Source: Marsupella aquatica (Eukaryota > Plantae > Marchantiophyta). From it: DNA of 64,000 nucleotides. The notes below the pieces were generated by a model. The model was not told where the DNA came from. It searched no databases and saw only the letters and a list, made by a program, of their open reading frames with translations. Below are positions 50,901-60,549 of the stretch, in pieces. The stretch lies in assembly GCA_973895155.1 (NCBI GenBank), contig OZ316895.1, positions 1,362,435 through 1,426,434 of the forward strand, in the 5' to 3' direction. Made by a program: the position numbers and the translations under genes. Within the stretch, counting starts at the first letter, position 1. Each line of letters begins with the position of its first letter.

Positions 50901-51317
50901 CTTTAGTCATTGTGTGGATATTATTAATGTTAGGGCCAAACCAGTGACTATGTAAATATGTTACTTAGTTACATATTGTATATCACCTGACTCATTGTGT
51001 GAACTTGAGTCAAGGTGGAGATTGTTAGGAATTGACTCTAGTTCCCGACATAGTTAGCTTGGCCTTACTAGGGTTAGTTTTAACCCTAGATTACATTAGG
51101 ATAAGATCCGCTTAGTTTAGGCCCACTCATCTTGGCCCCCTTGGGGGGTATAGGCTGGAGGGAGAGCACTCTCTCCCTCATTCTTCACATGTACTCTCAT
51201 TTGCTATGGAGCCTTCAGGAGTTTCTCCACTCGGTGTGTCTCGTCGGTGTAGCGTCTGATTGAGTGTCTCTCATGTTTCCGCATTGCTGTCTAGTCCGGA
51301 GCCGACGGTTTCTTACA
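44910..51317 (+). mobile_element. Nested Ty1/Copia retrotransposon (inner), inserted antisense into the outer integrase
   Basis: 295-bp LTRs 44929-45223 and 51023-51317 (~4 substitutions); TSD GAAAA (44905-44909/51318-51322) splits host KKCIF|LGY; PBS TGGTATCAGAGC 45226-45237; PPT AAGGTGGAG before 51023. Confidence 0.96.
46939..50955 (+). pseudogene. Inner Copia gag-pol polyprotein with one premature stop
   Basis: KFEVEKFDG gag start; CWHCHEKGHTKWNC knuckle; WMLDSGSSYH protease; HARLGH/CEDC and VHSDIWGP..DNGGEY..NGVAER integrase; LYVDDML RT; TGA at 50575-50577 (ISW to IS*), then in-frame RNase H STTEAEY...KHIDIRYHF to 50955. Confidence 0.95.
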
Positions 51318-53594
51318 GAAAATGCACTTCTTTGACTTGGACTCCAGCTTGGATCGAAGCTGGGAAGGTGTAAGCACATAAGCATCACATCCAAAAATCC
51401 TCAGATGTGAGTAATCTGCTAAATGCCCGTACCTCATTTCAAATGGCGTCTTGAATCCAATCGAACTGGATGGAGAAAAATTTACCAAATAAGCTGTAGT
51501 GTTGACAGCTTCAGCCCAAAACTCATGTGGTAAGCATGATTGACTCAACATACTCCTCGAGCGGTCCAATAGTGTTCGGTTGAGTCTCTCAGAAACACCA
51601 TTCTGCTGAGGAGTATAACTTGTTGTGAGATGGCGGGTAATCCCCTGCTCCTTACAATACGTTCTAAATTTCCCGGAACTGTATTCACCGCCGTTATCCG
51701 ATCGAAGATATCTCACCTTATTACCAGTCTGATTCTCAACTTGGGCTTTCCACTCCTTAAAAGTGGCAAAAACATCAGACTTATTGTGTAGAAAGTATAT
51801 CCACACATACCTTGAGTAATCGTCTATGAACGTGACATAGTATAACCGTCCAGAATGTGAGGGAGTAGGGGCTGGACCCCACACATCACTATGTACATAC
51901 TCAAGTACCTCCTTGCTGGTGTGAGTTCCAACTCCGAAGGGTTTCCTGTGCTGCTTCCCTAGCACACAGTGCTCACAAAATTCCAACTTACAAGATTGCA
52001 AATTAGAAAGTAATCCTTTCTTCTGAAGAATAACCAAACCTTTTTCACTCATGTGGCCCAAACGGAAGTGCCACAGCCGGGCCGTCTCCTCATGAGATAA
52101 GGTTACATTGGCTTCATCACAAACTACATTGCCCTCCAAAACGTATAGATTGTTATGTCTCTTTCCCTTCAATACAACTTTAGTACCAGTTGAAACCTGA
52201 AGGATACCATTAGCAGAGCTCCACTGATGGCCATTTGCTTCTAAAACTCCAAGTGAAATGAGATTTTTCATCATGTTGGGAATATGTCTCACATTCCTCA
52301 ACGTTCTCATAACACCATCAAACATCTGAAATCTTACAGATCCAAGTCCAACAACTTGACATGGGATTCCATTTCCCATCAACCCTGACCCGTTGGAAAC
52401 CGTGTAAGAACTAAAACAATCTCTCCTAGAGCAAATGTGAAAAGTACATGCACTATCTAGAATCCAGTCATCACTACCTGGATTTGACACTGCGTTGAGA
52501 GCATAACCTTGACATCACAATATGTCATCATCATCGAGTAAATCTACCTCATGCGAGCTCGATGCCGCGTTAGCAGAGGCAGTAGGGACCTTTACTCGAC
52601 AATCCCTTTTCATGTGGCCAGGCTTGCCACAATTCCAACATGCAAGAGGCTTCCATGCAAGAGGCTTCCTCTCTTGCGATTTCCCTCTGGATTTAGATCT
52701 CCCCTGTGATGTAGATCTAAACCTATTCTGTCCATTCGTGCGCTGCGCTGCTCTTCCCCTGTTCACATTGAGTGCAGTGCCAGAAGAAGATGTTGTCTGT
52801 GATTGACCCAACTTCTTCTTAGCATCATCAGACAATAAAGAGCTCACCACCTCATTATACGAAATGGACTTCAGATCTCTGTATAAGAGCACCTGTTTCA
52901 AGCCCTGATATGACGGCGGTAAGGAGCTTAGCAGAAGCAAGGCCTTTTCCTCATCTTCAACTCCTTTTCCCAGGTTTGACAAATCCACCGCTAGACTGTC
53001 AAATTCATCCAGGTGATCCTGCATCTTGCTCCCTTCCTTGAGCTTGAGGCTCATCAAGAGAGACTTCTTGTACAACCGGTCTGATGCATCTTCCCGGTAG
53101 TACTTCTCTCTAAGAACCTTGAACAGTGACGCGCAATCCGCATAATCATCCAGTTGCTTGATGATGTGCGGCTTGAGATATAGCATCACTGCATTGACAG
53201 CAATCACCTGCTCCTGTCTCCACTGTCTCACAGAAATCTCCTCCTCTCCATCATACTGCTATCGCGATGAAAGCAGATGAGCTAAGCCCATGGCCCGTAG
53301 AACACCCTTCACTTGCTTCTCCCATAGCAAATAATCAGTACGACCATCGTACTTCTCCACCTCAAACTTCACTCCTCCAAATCTAGCCATCTCCCTCTTC
53401 TTCCCTACTACCGACAGCTCTGGTAGTAACACAGCTTCCTCCACTGCATGCCGCACCAGTGATCGTACCGGTGTCACTAGTTCTTCCTCAAACGGTAGCA
53501 GCTCCTCCTCAGACTCTCCATCTGACCGTCGCGATCCTGAAGCTCCATCGACGCCAATTCTTCCAGTATCCCCCGAGTCACTCATATGAAACAA
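51318..53594 (-). pseudogene. Outer Copia gag, protease and integrase (N-terminal part)
   Basis: MARFGGVKFEVEKYDG; CWNCGKPGHMKRDC; WILDSACTFH; WHFRLGH..CEHC; VHSDVWGP..SDNGGEY..NGVSER. In-frame stops at 53259 and 52515. Confidence 0.93.
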
Positions 53595-55335
53595 TCACGA
53601 AAAAACGTCTTTTTTCAAAACTTCTCATAAAACTCAAAACTCAACACCGCCGTGTAACCCACGAAGTTGGGAGTCCAATACTGAAAGTCGAAATCAAAAT
53701 TGAAATTCGACGAAAAAGTTATTCAAATTTCGGTCGGGGTGGGTAAAACCTTGGGAAACTCCCCCGTTTTGACCACCTCGGAGAATAACCAAAATACCAA
53801 GTACAACCCGTCGTCGGAATCGCGATGTGATTGGTGCGCCGTGTTGCTAACTCCAGTGGCAATGTCCTCACCAAAAAAGAACCAAAAAAGTTACCGTTCG
53901 GCGGACGGAATCTTTGTCGGATGGCCAAAAAACAGCTCTCTATTTTTTGGGAATATTCCCGCACAGTCCGACAGATCTCACAGGGGGTCGTTCCCCCTGT
54001 CGGAGCGGTTAAAATGGAGGGCCACCGGTCCCCGGACAGCCAATAGAAGAGCCGACAAGAAAAAGACAAAAAAAATGGCCCTAAAGGGGTGCAAAGCGCC
54101 CTAAATTGAAAAAATACGAGTATAAAAAGGCGCATCCGCGTATAGGCGACGCGAGGCGGGCCAGGAAGTATACACGTATTGGGCCGAGCATTTACAAGGC
54201 GTATGGTACGGGGTACGGGGAGTACCCGGGCGGCTGCATACGCAGCCGCGGTCATATAGTCGGCGCGAGTGAGGCGGGGCGAAAAATAGCCGGCAGCTTT
54301 TGATGGTGGCAGGGCCGCACACGCTGTGGGCTCAGGCAATGAGCAAGGCCGGAGCACGAAAAAGGAGGGAGGCGAGCAAGGGCACGGCCGGGGAGCAGCA
54401 GCCAGTCGGGGGGAGGGTGGGCACTGGCAGCGCGAGCGCGCACACAGCGCCGGCCGGCGCTGGGCAGCTCGCTCTGCGCCTGAAATAACGAGGGTGCGGG
54501 GGAGGGGGGGCGCGCATACACGGTACACAGTGCGGGATGGGGAGGAGGTGGAGAACGTGTGTTTATACACACATTCGTGTGTGTATACACACACAAGGGG
54601 TTAAACCCCTTTAAAACCAAAAATGACCCCCCCCCCAACGGAAAAAGGCAAAAACTCACCTTTGCCGCCGCTGTTTCCAACGAGTAAAATGAACGCTGCC
54701 GACGGTAAAAGTGGTCGAATTTCACCGGCACAGTTTGCAAGCTCAGCAAAGACTACACTTTTCGTCGCGTCGCCTTCACTTCGCATCAAGTGCCAATCCC
54801 GGACTCAAAACGACCGCCTCGCTGCGATCAAACCGTTGAGCCGTAGCACTTTGCGCTTCTTCCACCGAGTCGGACGTCACGAAGAGAAACCTGGTTCAGA
54901 TGAGAACAAGCTCCATAGCTTATGAAAAAACCTGAACGCCTCCTTCACTCGTCACGACGCACTTGGTAACAACTCGGCAGCAACTCAACTACCAAAATGA
55001 CCAGCTCGCATCAACCTTCAACTTGAGCTATAATGTGCGATCCCTCCCGCACCACACAGCTCACTCCGTTGAAAAACGCGATCTCTGGTCTCTCCCCCGA
55101 AAACCTGTCGAACACGAATAAAACCTGAACGACGCAAACTTCAATTCCTCTGCACCACGGATACCGATCAGCGAGTTCTAACCACCGTTAGAAAGCCCTC
55201 TCACTAACCTATCCGCTCAGCCACACACATTCGAGTTTCATGCGATGAAACTCCGAATGTACCATCGACAATGAACGCTGGAAAAACCTGTCACGAAAAA
55301 ACCTCGTCACCTCCCAAGCATGCTTTGATACCACT

Positions 55336-55437
55336 TGTTGAGCATAGACGACATTCGTAACGGCAAGCCCATGAACCATCCAACGCACAAGAGTCGACAC
55401 AGAGAGATACGTGGTTCACCTCCACATGAGGCTACGT
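55336..55437 (-). repeat. 5' LTR of outer Copia, PBS-proximal part
   Basis: Matches 42330-42431; adjacent to the PBS; interrupted after TACGT. Confidence 0.93.
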
Positions 55438-58400
55438 TGTGGTGCGTCCCATGGCTCCCTAAACCCAAGAAACCCCCCAGCTCAAGCCGATTCCCGCAGG
55501 TTTCGCGCTTGGCGAGGCCGTTTCCGCGGCTTAGCGGCATGGGACGCTGCTAACCTTCTACTACTACTATTAACATTTTACACACATATACTGGACAGAT
55601 CCTTCATCGGGTCATGAGATACGTAGCCGGCCTAATCTAGGCCTTCCCCTGTCTTCCCCTCCGTCTTGTTAGGTATGTTTGGATTCCGCCGCCGGAATGA
55701 TCCCCAATAGGCTTGGTTAAGCCGCTAAGACCTCTCTCAGCTCGACACATCCAACTCTCACTCCCCTGCTTACTTTCCTTCCTTTTGGTTGATGTGGGCA
55801 CTCTTCACACAAGTTAATGCGACACACAAATAGCAAAATGACTCATTCTGATTGAGTCATACCATGCACTTGCCATACAAACAGTACATCTCATACACAA
55901 GTTCTGCGAACTAAGCCGTGAGGCCAACTCTATTCAGCTCTTAGGCATGAGGAAACATGAATATACACAAGGGTCACTGTATGACTAACCGAGAGCTTCT
56001 CGTACTACTTGATCCCAGCCCGGCTGGTGCAAACTAAAAACTTGCTAAAGAAGAGGCCCTTAGCTCCCCGCTGCCCAGGTACTTATCCTGGTAGTGGATC
56101 CGCCATTCTTTGCATCGTAAGCCTAATCTACCTAACAGTAATCTACTTGCCCGAATCTACCTATGTACAGCAAGGCAGGAGCACAAGTGTTGCTCCTACC
56201 AGTGGGACCGCAATCCCACTAAGCTAAGTATCAGGGCCGCTCCTGGTTCTGATCCTAATCCTAAACGTGGAGATCCGCGCCCGCCCTGCTCACTCACGCC
56301 TCCTCCCTCCACGTCCGCCCTCCCTAAAAGGAACGGCACCTTTGCACCGTCACGACACCGGTGGTGGATCCTTAATGGACGCCCCCAACGCTTCCTCCTC
56401 AGCCACTGCCGTAGGCTCATTCCCTGATAGATTACCTGCCCTTGACTGAGTCAATTCTCCCTCGGCCTGACTGGGTCCACCATCGGCGTTGGCATCGGCT
56501 CGGGAATCGGTTACGGCCTCAGCCTCGGCTACGGTCTCCCCGGCCTGCTCAAGAGGCGGATCTGGAATACCGGCCTCATTACTGAGTAGTTCGGCTTGGG
56601 CCGCACCACCCCCACCTGTGATGATAGCGGGATCTATTGCCGTATTCATGCCGGAGGATGGTGCTGGTTCTACCTCTTTGGTCACCACGGCTTGTGGAGT
56701 CGGATTACTCCTTGACCCTGAAGGTTTCCGCTTTTTCTTCTTTTCTGGTTCGGCAGCTGGTCCCTTCCCCTTCCCACTTACTTCCGGCACTGGTGCAGTT
56801 GGCGCGGCTTTTTCTTCGGCCAGTACCACTCCTGGTAACTTGGTTGCCCCAATTGGAGTTGGGCCTAATGAAGACAAGCACTTAAATACTGCGGCTTGTT
56901 TCTTCAGCCGCTCCGTTTGGTTGTCGGCCCGCCGCTGGAGGTTCTCCATCTTCCTCGTGATTTCCTCCAACTCCTCCTGGGTCTCATCCAGGTCCTTGCG
57001 TGCCTCCTCTAGTTCCTTTTGGGCTTCCTCCCGTTCTTGTTTCAAGGTAGTCCTCTCCTCCTGGGTTGCTCTTAGCTCCTTGTCGAGCTCTGCAATGATG
57101 ACAGACTCCATCTGGTTCATCTTGGCGTAAGTCTGTTCGAGCATCTCGTCCTTCTCCCTTAGGTCTGCCTTGAAGCTGGCCGTCAGGGACGCAAGCTCCT
57201 GCTGCAGCGCCATAATCCCTTGATAGGATTTCCCTAACTCGGCCTCCTTCTGCCCAAGGGCTCCGCGGATTTTCTCGAGCTCCCCCTTCAACGCCCATTC
57301 CTTTCTTTGGGTCTCTGCCATGGCCCGGCTGTTGGCTGTTATGTGGGCCTCCTCTGTATTCTTCAGCTCTTGCTTCCACTTCTCCCTCTCTTTGATCGTG
57401 TCGGCCAACTCTCCCTGCGTCTGAGTCAGTTTATCCTTGATATTCTGATTATCAGCCTGCGCGGTGTCCAACTGCCCCTGCATGATGTTCAGCTCATGTC
57501 GTTTAATCCGCAGTTCATCTTGGGCTTTCTTGGCCGCCCTTAGATCTTCAATCTCGGCTTCCATCCTCCTAAGCTGCCGAATGACCTCGTCCTTCTTGCT
57601 TCTCTCTAAAGCCACCGCTTCTTCTAATTGGTGCTTCTCCAACTGCTCCCTATGGAAAAAGGGTCCTACCTCCAACTCCTCTCCAAAGATGCCGAGCGCA
57701 AGTTCCCCACACATCTCACCATACTCCATGGCTCTATTCTTAGCGTAGGTGGAGTAAGTAGAAGTGATCGACATCGCCCATCGCGGCCTCTGCTCCCAAG
57801 CCGTCTTGCGGATCTCTTCAATCGTGGCTAGAGGTTTGCTTCCTTTTTTGGCTAGCCGCCTGATGTCCTCCGGCCAATCTCCTCCTGGTAAATCCTTTTC
57901 CCTAGCCAGGGCTGCCTCCTCTTCCTGCTTGATTCGCTCCTGAAATTCCTGCACCGTCTGTTTTATGCCGTCGAAGCTCGGGGGAGCAACATCTGGTGGG
58001 GGAGACTCAGGGCTACTCTGCTGGTTGGGGTCCCCTCGCACTACCCTTGGAAGTGTGGGGACAAACCGGCCACAGGTCCTTACTCCTGGGACGTGATGGT
58101 CCGACCCATAGCAGGAATTATCATGGCTGCAGTCCTCCACTGCCTCCTCTACTTCTTGGCCGTCCGGCTTCTCCCTCTCCTCTTCCTCGGTAGGAGCTTT
58201 AGGCAATTCTGCCTCAGATTCGGAGCTTGAGATTCCCACATACATTCGAACACCTGGCTTGGATTCAGGCCTGATTCTCTCCTTGTCTCCAGCAAAGGGG
58301 TTTTCTCTTGTGAGCCGGTGTAGGCCTACCTCTGTAGTAGTGTCCTGCATTGTTGCCGTTGCCGTTGTTGTTGCCGATGCCGATTTCTTTTCTTTCTCCA

Positions 58401-60100
58401 GTAGTTTCAGCAGACTCTGCATGCCTGGTTGCTACATCGGCAAGTCCTCCTTCCTGGGCCTAAACACGTGCTCGATCGTAGGGCTAACAGGTGGTTGAGG
58501 CTTCTCAGCCAACGGCCTCGGCGTTGGAGCTTCCTCGGGTGCCCTTACCTGCAGGGGAAGTACCGGGGCAAAAGTTTGACCTCTGGCATACCGGCACAAC
58601 AGCGGCATGTGATAGCCAAGCCGCGACACGCTCCCCATGCCAATTACCTGCTGCTCCTCCTTTAAGATCTTCTTCAATTGGTTGAGGAGGTACCCGTTGT
58701 AGTCCCGGCTTGGGTCTGGCCTTTCTGCCAGATAGACCTGTGCCTTGCCGATCTCTGCCCTCGGCAAGTTACAATGCATGGTCACCCGCAAGAAGTCGAT
58801 CATCTCTCCTATGTGCGGGTTGGTGCAGGTGTTCCGGAAGAAGCCATTCTTCATTGATGGCCCGGGGAACGACCGGAACTCCTTGTCAGGCAAGGTCTTC
58901 CTGGTATCAACTTTGGTCTTATTGCCTATCGGCAAGCCAAACACTTCGGCAATTACCTTGGGAGTAAGATAGAAATCCTTCCCATATATCCTCGTGCAAT
59001 TGGTCTCGGGTTCCCATGACCCCACGAATTCTAATAGGTCTGACTCCGGTACCTCCGGCTTCAGCCATGGTAATCTTACAAAGGCCTCTAAGCCGGATCC
59101 GGCCATGAAGCCTTGGTACTTCTTGGTCTGCATGGCCGTGAAGCATGCATCCTCCTCCCGTGCAAAATGTAGTTGCACCTCCACCGGTAGGGTTGCCGCC
59201 CAGCCCTTCCAGGTGTCATCCCTGGTTGGAATGGCCTTGATGGGATCGACCTCCTCCTCTTCGGCTTCTCCCTGCCTCCTGCTCTGCTGCTCGGTTGGCT
59301 TCTTTGGTGCCGCCGACCTCGTTCTTTTTGCCGGGGTGGCTTCATCATTGACGGCTCCTTTCCTCTTCATCTCTGCTGCCGTGGAGGTTTCTCCTAGCAC
59401 CGTTGCCTGGGTCCACCTTTCTGTGCTACCCTTTAATTCCCAGTGTATGTCGTTGCAGTTCTTGATGGCCTCTCGGATGCCGACAACGCTGTCTTTGCAA
59501 AACAGAAGATCGTCGAGTTGATTGGAAGTAGGCGTCCACAGGAACTCGTCCTTGATGAGTTCGCCTCCTAAGAAAGCCGTCTTCTGCAGCTCCCACAATC
59601 GAGCGAGCTCCTACCGTTCTCGAGCTACCCTTTCTGATTCCTCGTCCTCGTAAGTCTTGATGTACTCAGTTGCCCGTTCGAACAGGCATCCCCAGAAATG
59701 TGCCGCTTGATTGACGTTGTTCATACCCTCCTTAGGTCGATCGTCGGTATCTACTCTCTCCGCGAGTGCTTGCCTAAGCAGCTGACAGTAGTTGGCCTCC
59801 CGTAGTCGTCTGCCTAGTTCGTGCTCGCAAATGAGCCACCATCTCCTGCAAGCGCTCCTTACCCCTCTCCTCTGCCAGTCCTTCTTCCCGTTGATCCTTC
59901 CTAGCCGCCGACGCTTAACGCGCCCTAACCCTAATCAAGTTTTCACCCTCAGCGTCCTTACCTCCGGCCTCGGCCCGGGTTCCATGGTTGCCCCTAATGG
60001 TTTATATTTTCCTTATTTTGTCCCTATACTAAGGTGTTCCTAGGGTGCCTTCCTGCTTTACCCACTTAACTGGCCGAGTGATTCCTGTCTAGGCATCACA
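55438..60100 (-). mobile_element. 4,663-bp TG..CA element with 5-bp TSD and no gag/pol; putative giant solo LTR carrying a long ORF (copy 1)
   Basis: TSD TACGT (55433-55437/60101-60105); ends TGTGGTGC / GCATCACA (imperfect 8-bp inverted repeat); removing it restores the Copia LTR; no internal direct-repeat pair, PBS, RT or integrase seen. Confidence 0.85.
56350..59985 (-). pseudogene. Single 1,211-aa ORF in copy 1 (plant mobile/transposon-protein-like domain plus long coiled coil), broken by three nonsense codons
   Basis: ATG at 59985 follows TATA-like AAATATAAA; track ORFs 58432-59598 and 56350-58422 share one frame; stops at 59935, 59611 and 58432 read CGA, CAG and CAG in copy 2. Confidence 0.8.
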
Positions 60101-60105
60101 TACGT

Positions 60106-60317
60106 CCACGGGAACACATAAGAGCTTTACTGCACTCTAGGCCGACCGGCCATACCAAGCATCCACAGCACAAGCTCTCCCTATCTCTCAACTAGCTCCG
60201 TAACATCAGCCCTGGCATATGCACACCAGCACTACCGCTAACATTAGCTAAGTCCTAACCCGAGTTAGACTAACTATGGTTAGCTCATGAGTCACAAGAC
60301 TAGAGCAATATCTAACA
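60106..60317 (-). repeat. 5' LTR of outer Copia, distal part
   Basis: Continues the 42330 LTR sequence after the TSD; ends TCTAACA followed by GACAT. Confidence 0.93.
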
Positions 60318-60549
60318 GACATATCACACCTGGGAATACATCCTTTCTCTGAAACAGCCATGTGCCTGAAACTGTCAACTAGCCACTGAATAATTGGTGC
60401 AATGTTTGATCTTCCTCATGCATAAATAGAATTGAACAAATATCTGTTTGAATGTCCATGATTTTACATGGGAATACTATTACTAGTACTCCAAACTGAT
60501 TTATACAAATAAGGGTGATTGGCCAATTTCTAGATTGTGGATGACAAGG

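Larger units (their letters stand above)
42330..60317 (-). mobile_element. Full-length Ty1/Copia retrotransposon (outer, degenerate) hosting two nested insertions
   Basis: TSD GACAT (42325-42329/60318-60322); 3' LTR 42330-42673; 5' LTR split 55336-55437 + 60106-60317; tRNA-iMet PBS TGGTATCAAAGCA (55321-55333, minus); PPT AAGGGGGAG next to 42673. Confidence 0.95.

Noticed and set aside
53719-54594. 291-aa ORF in the outer Copia leader
   Set aside because: GC-rich low-complexity region with overlapping ORFs in several frames and no recognisable motif.
56489-59521. Antisense ORFs 56489-57130 and 58994-59521 and their mirrors in copy 2
   Set aside because: Ser-rich shadows of the Glu/Lys-rich sense frame; their presence in both copies reflects nucleotide identity.
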